Assembly: GCA_944387555.1 (NCBI GenBank)
Contig: CALXFH010000001.1
Coordinates: 82,849-146,848, forward strand
Direction: 5' to 3'
Source: an uncultured Clostridia bacterium
GTDB taxonomy: Bacteria > Bacillota > Clostridia > TANB77 > CAG-508
Length of the DNA stretch: 64,000 bases
The notes beneath the pieces are model-generated. The model saw only the letters and a list, made by a program, of their open reading frames with translations. It searched no databases and was not told the DNA's origin. Position numbers and translations under genes: made by a program. This document shows, piece by piece, positions 1 to 10,001 of this stretch. The stretch's first letter is position 1. Every line of letters begins with the position of its first letter.

Positions 1-178
1 ACATCTCCCATTACTTGCCCTTCAGCTGCAGCTTCTTGAACTTCTGGCATTTCTGAAATCTCAGTCAATATACTTGCTGCATATGTTGGTATATAAGGAT
101 ATATAAAATTAAACATTATAAGAAAAACTAATGTAATGATAATCTTATGTACAATTCCTTTTTTCGTAAAATTATTCA
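1..178 (-). CDS. 5'-partial CDS; the N-terminal hydrophobic segment (MNNFTKKGIVHKIIITLVFLIMF...) continues past the window start
   Basis: ATG at 176-178 on the minus strand, 3 nt downstream of the VirB4-like stop (181-183); translationally coupled as the last visible gene of the T4SS-like operon. Confidence 0.4.
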
Positions 179-180
179 TA

Positions 181-2205
181 TTAAACTCCTTGTTTTCTTT
201 TTCTCATTTCTACCAATTTATTTATATTTGTTTCAACAAACTCAAATTCTTTTTGTGTTGGAGTAATTTGTATAATTGCTGATTCAGAACCAACTTTTAA
301 CAAACCTTCTCCTTTAAAACATGTTACTAGGAAATTAGCTTCTCCTTCACTCAATTTAAAAACTTCTTTTAAGTATTCTATTTCAGATTTATCTTGTGCT
401 AAAAATAATTTTGTATCTGATGATGTTAAAACTGCTTGAGCCTCTGGTTTTTCATAAAAGTCTTGAAATCTTTGAGAAATAATTGCTAAGGAAACATTTC
501 TCTTTCTAGCACGTCTTGCCATAGTATTTAAGAAATCTACAGCTTCTGGATATGGTAATAACATCCATGCTTCATCAACAATAACTCTTTTCTTATTAGC
601 TTTTTTCCTATCTTCACTATTCTTTTTAACATACTTTTCCCAAATCCAAGAAAGCAATATCTGTTGTGCAAGTGGTCTTGCGAATCTTTCCTCAAGTTGA
701 GAAATATCAAGATTTATAAATGGCGCTCCTTCTAGCAACTCAAAAGTTGATTGTCCATCAAAGTATGCCATTTGGCCATCATATTCCCTAATATATTGTT
801 TCATAACTTTTAATAAATAACTATAATGGAAGCTATAATCACTATTCTTATTTTCTTGAGCTTTTCTTTCAATTCTTTTATACCAACTTCCAATTGTAGG
901 CATATCCTTTTTCTGTCTATAAAGCCTATCACCATTATTAATATTGCTACTTTCTCTATACAAGCTATCAGGATTACTTGTTATTCCTAACGCTGCATAT
1001 TCTTCTGCAACAGACTCTGCTATAATTTGCTTTGTCAATTCATTAACATCTGTGCTTCTTGTACTTCCTCTTGCCATTGTAAGTAAAGCCTGAGTAACGT
1101 CTTCTACCTTGTTTTCTATATTAACTACTGTTCTTTCTCTTCCTGTTATTTCATCTTTTACTTTTTCTGTTTCTACATCAAATAAATTTATAATTGTTTT
1201 TGAGTTAGGACTTAAAACCACATTTATTCCACCCAAACTTTCAGCAACAATTGAATATTCACCTTCTGCATCTAATGCTAAACTTTCAATTCCCATTAGT
1301 ACTGATGATCTAGAAATTAAAGTCTTCATTGTTACTGACTTTCCAGCTCCAGACTTAGCAAATATAACCATGTTATAATTTGTTAAAGATGGATGAAAGT
1401 TATCAAAAAGAATTGGTGTTCCTGTTTGTCTATTAAATCCTATTGGTACTCCAGTTGAATGTCCTACCTCAGATGTTGTAAAAGGAAATGTTGTAGCCAT
1501 TGATCTTCTATCAAAAGTATGGACTTTTCCTATCTTATTTTCCATAAGAGGTAAATTACTCTGGAAAGCTTCTTCTTGCATTGCCCAAGCACTTTTTATT
1601 TCTACTAAACTTTTTGACATCTCTGTTGCTAATAATTTTGTATTTTTCTCTAACTCGTCTAAATTATAAGAAAAAAGTGTTGCTACTACTGAAGCTTCAA
1701 ATAATTTATTATATCCAGCTGCTATTTCGTCTCTTAATTGTTCGGCTTCAAATCTTTTTTGCGTTAGATTACTTTGTCTATTTATATTTCCTTTATCAGC
1801 AGCTACAATTCTTTCCGTCTCCAATTCATTTATAACTCTGTTTAATTCATTTTGTGACCTTGACTCTGGTATCGGATTTATATAGACAGATGTGTTTATA
1901 TCCCCAAATAAATACATATCTCTGAATAATTCTGGAAATGTACACATTCTAGGTAATGTCGATACAAAGAAACTCCTTGTATATCTTTTGATATTTGATA
2001 TTATCTCTAACCTATCAACATTTGAAACATCTATTCCTGATGGAGCAATTATTTCTTTTATCGTAGTTCTTTTAAACAAATTACTCTGTTGTTCTTTGTG
2101 TTGATTTTCTTGTCTTTCTAGTTCTTGTCTTTTTTTGCTTTTCCTCATCTTTTGCCTCTCCTCCTTCTTTTGAATTTTCATTAAGAATACCATCAACGAC
2201 GTCAT
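181..2205 (-). CDS. VirB4/TcpF/TraE-family type IV secretion ATPase
   Basis: Walker A IFAKSGAGKSVT and Walker B VIVDEAWMLL (the DEAW signature of VirB4 ATPases). The true start is probably internal (M9 or M20), since the longest ORF overlaps the upstream gene by 125 nt. Confidence 0.8.
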   Translation of the reverse strand: MTSLMVFLMKIQKKEERQKMRKSKKRQELERQENQHKEQQSNLFKRTTIKEIIAPSGIDVSNVDRLEIISNIKRYTRSFFVSTLPRMCTFPELFRDMYLFGDINTSVYINPIPESRSQNELNRVINELETERIVAADKGNINRQSNLTQKRFEAEQLRDEIAAGYNKLFEASVVATLFSYNLDELEKNTKLLATEMSKSLVEIKSAWAMQEEAFQSNLPLMENKIGKVHTFDRRSMATTFPFTTSEVGHSTGVPIGFNRQTGTPILFDNFHPSLTNYNMVIFAKSGAGKSVTMKTLISRSSVLMGIESLALDAEGEYSIVAESLGGINVVLSPNSKTIINLFDVETEKVKDEITGRERTVVNIENKVEDVTQALLTMARGSTRSTDVNELTKQIIAESVAEEYAALGITSNPDSLYRESSNINNGDRLYRQKKDMPTIGSWYKRIERKAQENKNSDYSFHYSYLLKVMKQYIREYDGQMAYFDGQSTFELLEGAPFINLDISQLEERFARPLAQQILLSWIWEKYVKKNSEDRKKANKKRVIVDEAWMLLPYPEAVDFLNTMARRARKRNVSLAIISQRFQDFYEKPEAQAVLTSSDTKLFLAQDKSEIEYLKEVFKLSEGEANFLVTCFKGEGLLKVGSESAIIQITPTQKEFEFVETNINKLVEMRKRKQGV

Positions 2206-3352
2206 CCCCTAAGTATTCTCTATTTTCATTTAATATTAAATTTGCCATTTCGTCTGCTAATTCTTTTATAGAATTTTCTTTTTCTTCTACATTTTCTCTA
2301 TGTTTACTCCTGTATTTTTCAACTTTTTCAGTTACAATATCCATAGCTCTTTTTTGAATTTCTTTGTCAATTTCTTTTGTTCTCTTTTCTAACACGTCTG
2401 GAGCTGTACTATATAAAGCATCCACATTACCTTTCATAGCCTTTTTCAAATCAAATGTTTCTGATTCGTCCCTATTATAAGCCACATACAATAATTCTGC
2501 TAATTCTAAAGAATTTAAAATTTTTCCATTAACATTACAAGCAGATAAAGTTCTTATTATAGATTGAGCTCTAGTGTATAATTCTGAAAAAGCCATAGAT
2601 TGTATTTCATCTTTAGCAAAATCTTCTGTTCCGCTTTCATTTGGAGAATAAGCAATAATTATGTAATATTTTTTATTTAATATGTTTCTGTTTAAACTCA
2701 TCTTTTCCGTATCAGCTATAATATCCTTACCATACTCATATAAGTTTCTTGTTTTCGTAAGTTCATAAAAAGCTTTATCTCGTTGTTGTTTAGTATATTC
2801 TCCGCTTTCATTCATTTCCTGATATTGTTGTGTTTTCATATATAATTCTGATTCTATTTGATTAATTCTTTTTTTGTATCCATCTATACTTTTCTCTAGA
2901 TTAACGGTTCTTGTTTGTACATATATTTGTATAGGAAATCTTAATGTATTTAAGAATTGTACAAATCCTTCTTCAACACCAGTCTTTTCTACTCCAGACA
3001 TTAAATCATAGTTTATTCCTGCACATTCAATTGCCATTACATATCTTCTACCATTATGCTGAATTACCATATTATCTTCAATTTTATCAAAATCCATAAA
3101 ATCAAATATTGATTTTCTTTCTAACTGACTATGTTGAATTCTTTTATTGTTTTTACTTTTTATACCTTCATTTTTTTCATTTTGTGTATTATTTGTTTCT
3201 CTTCTATTATCTTTTCTTCTCAAAATAAAGTAAATAAGAACAAGTACAAACAATACTACAAAAGCTCCTATTAAAAGAAAGATTAACATTTGGGTTGTTT
3301 GATCCACATTACTCATCATCTTTTTCCTCCTTTGTACAATCATCATATACAT
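2081..3352 (-). CDS. Membrane-anchored protein with a VirB4 N-terminal-like domain (ConE/PrgJ N-domain-like), encoded as a separate ORF
   Basis: One N-terminal TM helix, then ...GRRYVMAIECAGINYDLMSGVEKTGVEEGFVQFLNTLRFPIQIYVQTR..., which matches the pattern of the N-terminal region of Gram-positive VirB4 proteins. A paralogous arrangement occurs at 28.0-32.0 kb. Confidence 0.45.
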   Translation of the reverse strand: MYMMIVQRRKKMMSNVDQTTQMLIFLLIGAFVVLFVLVLIYFILRRKDNRRETNNTQNEKNEGIKSKNNKRIQHSQLERKSIFDFMDFDKIEDNMVIQHNGRRYVMAIECAGINYDLMSGVEKTGVEEGFVQFLNTLRFPIQIYVQTRTVNLEKSIDGYKKRINQIESELYMKTQQYQEMNESGEYTKQQRDKAFYELTKTRNLYEYGKDIIADTEKMSLNRNILNKKYYIIIAYSPNESGTEDFAKDEIQSMAFSELYTRAQSIIRTLSACNVNGKILNSLELAELLYVAYNRDESETFDLKKAMKGNVDALYSTAPDVLEKRTKEIDKEIQKRAMDIVTEKVEKYRSKHRENVEEKENSIKELADEMANLILNENREYLGDDVVDGILNENSKEGGEAKDEEKQKKTRTRKTRKSTQRTTE

Positions 3353-3683
3353 AATATTTATATTTTTTTGACTTAAACTTTAATATTCTTTTTATTACAT
3401 CATCTATATTTTGCCCAGCATTTTTTCTTGTTATTTCGAATCTATTTAAATTTGGTACCTTAAAAGTTCCTATAATAAATCCAATTAAAGCAAAGAGCAC
3501 AACAAATAATATTCCTATTAAAGTCATTCCTAATAAATTAAACAAAATATAAAATAACCCTCCTGCCAAGGCTCCTACTCCTGAATATATCAAAGCCTTT
3601 GTAGAAAATATAAACAAAATTCTTCCTTCACCTTTAACATTTCTTGGTATATTATAAGTTCCCATTTTTTCACTCCTATCCAT
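3309..3683 (-). CDS. PrgI/VirB3-like small two-TM conjugation protein
   Basis: 124 aa with two adjacent hydrophobic helices and a basic C-terminal tail; lies immediately upstream of the VirB4-like module. Confidence 0.5.
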   Translation of the reverse strand: MDRSEKMGTYNIPRNVKGEGRILFIFSTKALIYSGVGALAGGLFYILFNLLGMTLIGILFVVLFALIGFIIGTFKVPNLNRFEITRKNAGQNIDDVIKRILKFKSKKYKYYVYDDCTKEEKDDE

Positions 3684-3874
3684 CTAATTATCCTTATTTA
3701 ATATTATAACAAAAAAAAAGACATTTTCCTATATTTTTATGCATTTTTTTTAATTTTAATAATAATGTAATATAATTGTAATCTTTTTGTTAAATTGTTT
3801 TGAATCAAAAAAAGAAAAACTTTGGAATAAATCCAAAGTTTTCCTTTTTATTAATTTTAGTTTTTCTATACTCC

Positions 3875-4243
3875 TTATGCTGTTACATTGCTTAAGAAAC
3901 TGTATAGTATTCCTGCAATTGCTGATGCTGCAAATACTAATGCTGCACCAATTATATATGGCATCATTGTCTTCTTGTATTCCGCTTTTTCTTCTGCACT
4001 TCCCATCATGTATTTTAAACCTAAAACAATTAAAACAATAACAGATGCAACTGTACCAACTATTGTTAATATTGTAATAAGTTGGTTACCTATATTTGTT
4101 ATTTTATCTGTTCCTTGAACAGTTTGTCCTGTTAATGTTGATGGATTAGTAACACCTGAAACAGCTGCAAAAACATTAGTTCCTATTGCTACTAAAATCA
4201 TAACTATTAGAAGTACAGATATTACTTTAGACATTTTTTTCAT
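3875..4243 (-). CDS. VirB2/TrbC-like pilin-like protein, paralog 1 of 4
   Basis: Signal peptide, variable region, then conserved helix-loop-helix LIVLGLKYMMGSAEEKAEYKKTMMPYIIGAALVFAASAIAG. Confidence 0.55.
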   Translation of the reverse strand: MKKMSKVISVLLIVMILVAIGTNVFAAVSGVTNPSTLTGQTVQGTDKITNIGNQLITILTIVGTVASVIVLIVLGLKYMMGSAEEKAEYKKTMMPYIIGAALVFAASAIAGILYSFLSNVTA

Positions 4244-4380
4244 ATTTTTTTCCTCCTTTTTTATAAAAATATATATTCAAAATTCTTATATATTTTTATA
4301 TTTATATAAGAAATTTTAAAAACTTTGTAAAACTCTACTTACTATATTATAACAAATTTTTTAATATAAAGCAACTTTTA

Positions 4381-4734
4381 CTATCCCAAATTAATTGAAA
4401 CGTTATAAATTATTCCTGCAATTGCTGATGCTGCAAATACTAATAATGCACCAATTACATATGGAAACAATGTTTTTTTGTATTCTGCTTTTTCTTCTAC
4501 ACTTCCCATCATATACTTTAATCCTAATAAAATCAAAACTACAACTGAAACAACTGAACCCACAGTTGTTAATATTGTTATAACACTATTTCCTATTCCT
4601 TGTAAATTTGAATTTGTAACTTGTGTTCCTGTAAGATCTGTAACTGAAAAAGCATAAATATTTTCTACATTTAAAATAATCATAAAAATCAAAATTGTCA
4701 ATACTATTAATAATCTTTTTTGATTTTTTTTCAT
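4381..4734 (-). CDS. VirB2/TrbC-like pilin-like protein, paralog 2
   Basis: Conserved C-terminal module LILLGLKYMMGSVEEKAEYKKTLFPYVIGALLVFAASAIAG; the N-terminal half is divergent. Confidence 0.55.
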   Translation of the reverse strand: MKKNQKRLLIVLTILIFMIILNVENIYAFSVTDLTGTQVTNSNLQGIGNSVITILTTVGSVVSVVVLILLGLKYMMGSVEEKAEYKKTLFPYVIGALLVFAASAIAGIIYNVSINLG

Positions 4735-4749
4735 TATATCACCTCAACT

Positions 4750-5148
4750 TTATACTAAACCATTTGTTATGCTATTAATAATTCCTAATATGTTTGTAAT
4801 AGCAAATACAAGAACTGCTCCTATTATATAGGGAACCATTGTCTTCTTATATTCAGCTCTTTCTTCTAGACTTCCTGTCATATATTTTATACCTAGGACA
4901 ATTAAAACAATAACAGATGCAAAACTACCAACAAATTGAACAATACCTATTATTCTATTTCCAATTTCACTTACTTTATCCGCTTGACTCATTGTTCCTG
5001 GTTCATATACACTTGGATTATCTCTAGGGTCTGTTACCATTGTCTTATTAGTTGTTGTACTTGACCTTCCAGCAATAACATTATTAGATAACAGCATAAC
5101 TAATACTAAAAAAATTAAAAAAGCAAAAACTATCTTTCTTTTTTTCAT
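4750..5148 (-). CDS. VirB2/TrbC-like pilin-like protein, paralog 3
   Basis: LIVLGIKYMTGSLEERAEYKKTMVPYIIGAVLVFA; signal peptide plus a divergent ectodomain. Confidence 0.55.
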   Translation of the reverse strand: MKKRKIVFAFLIFLVLVMLLSNNVIAGRSSTTTNKTMVTDPRDNPSVYEPGTMSQADKVSEIGNRIIGIVQFVGSFASVIVLIVLGIKYMTGSLEERAEYKKTMVPYIIGAVLVFAITNILGIINSITNGLV

Positions 5149-5165
5149 TGTATCACCTACTCAAA

Positions 5166-5681
5166 TTAAAATCCTTGTAATAACACCATAACTAGTTTCC
5201 AAATTCCAAAAGCTCCAAATATAATAACACAACCAACCACGTATGGTATTAACTTTTCTTTTACTTGTGCCTGTCCATCTGCAGAAGACACCATAAACTC
5301 TATTCCCAATACAACACCAGCAGTAACTGCTACTACCAAACCAATTGCTAAGAGTATATTATAAATCAAATCAATTGTTTTTTGTAAGTTATCTTGTGAT
5401 ATTGTATTATTTGTATCTGCATTGTCTATAAAGTTATCAGCACCAGATATTACTTCATCTATACTTTGTTCCTTAAAATTATTGCCTGAACCTCCACTAA
5501 AACTTCCACTTGTTCTTCCATTATCACTTTCACTTGAAGCCGCAATAGTTATTAAATGAACTGGACCTTCATTTTCTTGTTCGTCATTATCCAAGACATT
5601 ACTATTTGCATAACTACAATTAACCAATATAGAAAATAAAATCATAAAAGTTGTAATTATCTTTAAATATATTTTTTTCAT
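5166..5681 (-). CDS. VirB2/TrbC-like pilin-like protein, paralog 4, with a long Ser/Gly/Asn-rich ectodomain
   Basis: Signal peptide ending ..SYA; low-complexity stretch SESDNGRTSGSFSGGSGNNF; C-terminal helix-loop-helix GVVLGIEFMVSSADGQAQVKEKLIPYVVGCVIIFGAF, which is more divergent than in paralogs 1-3. Confidence 0.45.
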   Translation of the reverse strand: MKKIYLKIITTFMILFSILVNCSYANSNVLDNDEQENEGPVHLITIAASSESDNGRTSGSFSGGSGNNFKEQSIDEVISGADNFIDNADTNNTISQDNLQKTIDLIYNILLAIGLVVAVTAGVVLGIEFMVSSADGQAQVKEKLIPYVVGCVIIFGAFGIWKLVMVLLQGF

Positions 5682-5903
5682 ATCTTTTCTCCATTTATAA
5701 AAATAATTATTCTATTTAATTATACACTATTTTAAGTTTTTTTTCAATTTTTTGCATATTTTTATCAATAATTTAATAAAAATGTAATATTTTCGTAATA
5801 TTTATTTTCCTATTTTTCAAAAATTAAAAGATTAGAAATCAAAAAATCCAATCATTGAAAATTGGATTTTTTGACAAGATATCTTACAAGATGTCTTTTT
5901 CTT

Positions 5904-6173
5904 TCACAATATTCCATTTACAAATACCACAATTGCTAAAATAATACAAAATATACCAGGTCCCTTGTACTCTTTAATAGTACAAATTCCCAATATGAGA
6001 AATACTATTGTAGAAATCCAGTAATTTGTAAATATTGCAACTATGATATTAAAAATGAACATTAGTAGATTAATCAAGAGATACATAATTATATTCCTCT
6101 CATTCAACAAAACTCTACTACTTACAATTATAACATAAAAAAGACTTTTATTCAAATTCATAGCGTCTTTCAT
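5904..6173 (-). CDS. Small hydrophobic membrane protein; the true start is probably internal (MYLLINLL...)
   Basis: ORF track only; two predicted TM helices; first gene downstream of the tRNA-Ser pair. Confidence 0.3.
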   Translation of the reverse strand: MKDAMNLNKSLFYVIIVSSRVLLNERNIIMYLLINLLMFIFNIIVAIFTNYWISTIVFLILGICTIKEYKGPGIFCIILAIVVFVNGIL

Positions 6174-6279
6174 TTAAATTAGCCTTCAAATTTTATAAAC
6201 ATACACTTATATTTTACTTAATTTTCTAAATCACAAATCAACAAAAAAATAATATAAAGTAAAGCACTTTATATTATCT

Positions 6280-6366
6280 TGGCGTAGGTGAGAGGGTTCG
6301 AACCTCCGCGCCGATTGCTCGACCTAGCAGTTTAGCAAACTGCCCCCTTCACCACTTGGGTACACC
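6280..6366 (-). tRNA. tRNA-Ser (anticodon GCT) with a long variable arm
   Basis: Reverse complement reads GGTGTACCCAAGTGGTGAAGG...CAGTTTGCTAAACTG...GGTTCGAACCC...CGCCA; cloverleaf drawn by hand. Confidence 0.85.
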
Positions 6367-6427
6367 TACATATTATTTATTTTAATAAAAGTTAGATACA
6401 CTTTATATATCTAACTCTTAAATTATA

Positions 6428-6519
<92 letters not shown>

Positions 6520-6585
6520 ATTTGTCTTGCGACAATTAATATATTAACATATTAAGCTGTTCGTTGTCAAGTCTTTTTTTATTTT

Positions 6586-8091
6586 TTATGGCTCATAAAT
6601 ATCAAACTCATTAATATGTCCAACACATTTAAATTCATCCTTTATTTTCTGTATAATAAATTTGTTTTCTTGCCACCTTATATCCTCTTCATCATTTTCA
6701 TCAACTAAAATTAATGTATGTTTCTTTTGTTCCAAATCATTTAGTATTTCTTCTTCACTAAGATTTCCAAAATTTCCATTAAAAGGTAAATCATAAAATC
6801 CATTATTTTTTTTCAAAGGCACCATATATAAAGCTGCCTTAGAAGAAAAAACGATAACATTATTTCCCTTTTTATCTTCCTCTTCTATATAATTAGTAAT
6901 TGTATTTATTTCTTCTTTTGTTTTTTCATCAACTATTATTGTACCAAAAAAAGGATCTTCATAATTATATATATATTCAGAATTAAATACCTCTTTTTTC
7001 CAACAAATAAATCTAGAAATATTAATAGCCACATTTAGTAGAAGCAAAATTATTAAAACTGATGTTAATATTTTGTCTAACTTATTCATTTTTATTTCAC
7101 TTTTTTCTATTATCATATTTAAGATATATACTAAAAGAACTACGGCAACATTAATTGCAAATAAAAAATGTGCTTCATTTACAATTGGAAAGATAACTAT
7201 AGAAAGCATAATAGAAAAACAATTTAAAATAATTATATTGTTTTTGTCTTCATCTTTTAATAGTTCTTTTCCTCTTTTTATAATACTTACTGATGAAATT
7301 AAATTAATTAACAAAACAGCTATAGTAATAAAAATATAAATCCAATCAATTGAAATATTCTTGTATGCAAATTGACTCATTCCTAATATTGTATAATTAA
7401 CAAATCCTTCTAAAATACCATTCATTTTTAGAAAAACTATAAAAATTATTCCCAAAATTGTTAAAACACCAAACTCCTGTAAGATACCTATAATTTTTCC
7501 ATTTTGTTTTCTTATCAATATTATAACTGATAAAGCTATAAAATAAAATAATCCAATATTTTGTTTTGTTAAAATAATTAAGAAACAAATTATACTTTGT
7601 TCTAATATGCTTTTATTATTTATTATGCACTTATTTTTTAAAAGTAAATATATTCCTAATAAACATATTCCTATTGCTAAAGAGTTATAATTTGCCATTA
7701 CCCTAGGAAGTACATAATTTCCAAACATAATTAATATTAGTGTGCATAACATTGATACTTTTACATTAATACCTAAAATTCTTAAAATTTTATATGTCAT
7801 GAAATAATAAAAAGTAAAAATGACTATACTATAAATTCTAAAAATAAAGAAGTTAGCTCCTAAAATTTGGAATATTAGTTTTCCTATATAAAAGAATAAC
7901 GGTGTACAAATAACATTTGCATCTTTATATATTTCAAAACCATTATACATTTTATAAACATTTTGGAAATTCCATAATTCATCATTATCAGACAAAAATA
8001 CACATAATGTTACTCCTATTAATGAAATAATTATTAATAAGAGAATAAAAATGTTTTCCTTTTTTCTTAATATTTCTTTTACTTTCTTCAT
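6586..8091 (-). CDS. Polytopic membrane protein, GT-C-fold glycosyltransferase-like (PMT/ArnT-like), with a C-terminal soluble domain
   Basis: About 11 hydrophobic helices; DE motif (SDNDELW) in the first extracytoplasmic loop; acidic C-terminal domain. Confidence 0.4.
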   Translation of the reverse strand: MKKVKEILRKKENIFILLLIIISLIGVTLCVFLSDNDELWNFQNVYKMYNGFEIYKDANVICTPLFFYIGKLIFQILGANFFIFRIYSIVIFTFYYFMTYKILRILGINVKVSMLCTLILIMFGNYVLPRVMANYNSLAIGICLLGIYLLLKNKCIINNKSILEQSIICFLIILTKQNIGLFYFIALSVIILIRKQNGKIIGILQEFGVLTILGIIFIVFLKMNGILEGFVNYTILGMSQFAYKNISIDWIYIFITIAVLLINLISSVSIIKRGKELLKDEDKNNIIILNCFSIMLSIVIFPIVNEAHFLFAINVAVVLLVYILNMIIEKSEIKMNKLDKILTSVLIILLLLNVAINISRFICWKKEVFNSEYIYNYEDPFFGTIIVDEKTKEEINTITNYIEEEDKKGNNVIVFSSKAALYMVPLKKNNGFYDLPFNGNFGNLSEEEILNDLEQKKHTLILVDENDEEDIRWQENKFIIQKIKDEFKCVGHINEFDIYEP

Positions 8092-8523
8092 ATATTTTCT
8101 CCATAAAATAAATACTAATACTTAATTATCATAAATTTGCAAAAAAATCAATGTAGACATTTTATTTTGCCTACATTAATTTACCCTTGTTTTAAAAATA
8201 TTTTATATAGAAGCATATATTCAAATAATACTTAACGTTAAAAACCAATTATTATTAAAGTTATTACTTGATTTGAATAAGATTTTGTTGCTAACTCGCT
8301 ATCTCCATTATTAGAATTAATTAGATTTTCTTGGCTATATTAATTGTATTTACTTTAATATTTTTCAGTTTTATCATCTGCCAAATTTTCGATTTCTATT
8401 GTTTTATTTTTTCATTTGTTTTCTTTCTTCATACTTCTCAATGAAATTTTTATAAAATTATTCTCCAAAAAAGTATTTTATAATATTGATTTTGTAAAAA
8501 TAAAAGCTAAACTATCTTAACAA

Positions 8524-8568
8524 AAAAGGTTGAAGCAGAAAACTTTAAAAGTTTTTTGCTCAACCTTT
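8524..8568. terminator. Hairpin terminator between the GT-C gene region and the DUF4446 gene
   Basis: aaaggttgaagc-agaaaactttaaaagtttttt-gctcaaccttt: a perfect 10-bp stem with T/A runs on both sides. Confidence 0.6.
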
Positions 8569-8604
8569 AACGTATAATTATAATATTTAGAAATTTTATC
8601 TACC

Positions 8605-9114
8605 TTACTTTTTTTGTTTATCTCCTTCTATTGCTCTTTTTATTGCTTCTTGTTCTTCTTCAGAAAGAGTATACTTAGATTTACCATTTTCAATTGGCTT
8701 TGCGTAAATATTAGACATTTCTCTAGAATATATACCATTAAATACAACACCATTATCATGCTCGTCAAGAAGAGCAAGTGTAAAACTTAAATCACTTCCT
8801 GTATCTTGAAAAGCACTATATCTAAGTATTCCAACCTTTTGAATACATCCTTCTAAATCTTTATCTAAACCATTTATTTGATTTAAAATATCAGCATTTT
8901 GTTTTTCTACTCTTTCTACTCTATACATATAATTTTCTAAATCTTCTTGTAAGTCTTTTCCATCTCCAAGTTTTACCATAAATTTTTTATATCTTTTATT
9001 TAATGCTATAACTTTTCCAAGTAAAATTAGAAAAGCAAGTAATAAAACAATTATTATTCCACCTAATATATATATAACATTATTCATTCCTATTGTTTCT
9101 ATTAAATTTTCCAT
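8605..9114 (-). CDS. DUF4446-family membrane-anchored protein, typically found downstream of parB in Firmicutes
   Basis: N-terminal TM helix plus coiled-coil; conserved position next to spo0J/parB. Confidence 0.55.
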   Translation of the reverse strand: MENLIETIGMNNVIYILGGIIIVLLLAFLILLGKVIALNKRYKKFMVKLGDGKDLQEDLENYMYRVERVEKQNADILNQINGLDKDLEGCIQKVGILRYSAFQDTGSDLSFTLALLDEHDNGVVFNGIYSREMSNIYAKPIENGKSKYTLSEEEQEAIKRAIEGDKQKK

Positions 9115-9126
9115 ATTATCACCTTT

Positions 9127-9975
9127 TTACTCATTATTGCTAATTAATCCTAAGATTCTTTCTAAGTCGTCATTTGAAGTATATTCAATAATTATCTTTC
9201 CACGTCTTTTTCCTGGATCTAATTTTACTTTTGATCCAAAAAATCCTTGGAAAGTATCTTCTATATTTTTATATAAAATATGTCTTCTGTTTTCTTCTTC
9301 TTTAGACATCTTAACTTTTGCTTTATTTTCCATTTGTCTTACAGTTGTTCCTCTTTCTAACATATGTACTGCTGCTATATATTGTTTTTCTGGATCTGTT
9401 ATTGCAAGCAATGCTTTACAATGTCCTTCTGTTATTTTTCCATCTCTTACCATTTCTAATACTCTAGGATCTAGATTTAAAACTCTTGTCCAGTTTGCAA
9501 TAGTACTTCTAGCTTTACCTAACTTTTTGGCAACTTCTTCTTGTGACATACCATAATTATCCATTAAAGTCTTTATTCCTGTTGCTTTTTCAATTGGATT
9601 TAAGTCCTCTCTTTGCATATTTTCTATTAATGATATTTCAGCATTTACTTTTTCGTCATCATCTCTTATAATTGCTGGAATTTCTGTTAACCCTGCAATT
9701 TTAGATGCTCTCCATCTTCTTTCGCCTGCTACTATGCTATAGTAATCATCTTTTTTAGTTACAACTATTGGTTGTATTAATCCATACTCTTTAATAGAAC
9801 TTGCAAGCTCTTCTAATGCTTCTTGATCAAATCTTTTTCTTGCTTGGTCTCTATTTGGTTCAACTTCTGTTATTTTCAAATTTCTTAATGTATCATTTTC
9901 TTGCATTTGTTCTTCTTCTGGAACTGGTCCAAATAATGCATCTAATCCTTTTCCTAACCCTGTCTTCTTTGTCAT
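9127..9975 (-). CDS. parB: Chromosome partitioning protein ParB/Spo0J
   Basis: ParB N-terminal box (GLIQPIVV, IVAGERRWRA); HTH; synteny with parA. Confidence 0.9.
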   Translation of the reverse strand: MTKKTGLGKGLDALFGPVPEEEQMQENDTLRNLKITEVEPNRDQARKRFDQEALEELASSIKEYGLIQPIVVTKKDDYYSIVAGERRWRASKIAGLTEIPAIIRDDDEKVNAEISLIENMQREDLNPIEKATGIKTLMDNYGMSQEEVAKKLGKARSTIANWTRVLNLDPRVLEMVRDGKITEGHCKALLAITDPEKQYIAAVHMLERGTTVRQMENKAKVKMSKEEENRRHILYKNIEDTFQGFFGSKVKLDPGKRRGKIIIEYTSNDDLERILGLISNNE

Positions 9976-10001
9976 TTTATTTATTCCCCCTTAAAATAAT
10001 T

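Noticed and set aside
181-3352. ORFs 2081..3352 and 181..2205 as one frameshifted giant VirB4 gene
   Set aside because: The 674-aa product already contains a complete VirB4-like N-region plus the ATPase. The upstream ORF has its own TM helix. The same split (N-domain ORF plus ATPase ORF) recurs at locus 2. The 125-nt overlap is most simply explained by an internal true start of the VirB4 gene.
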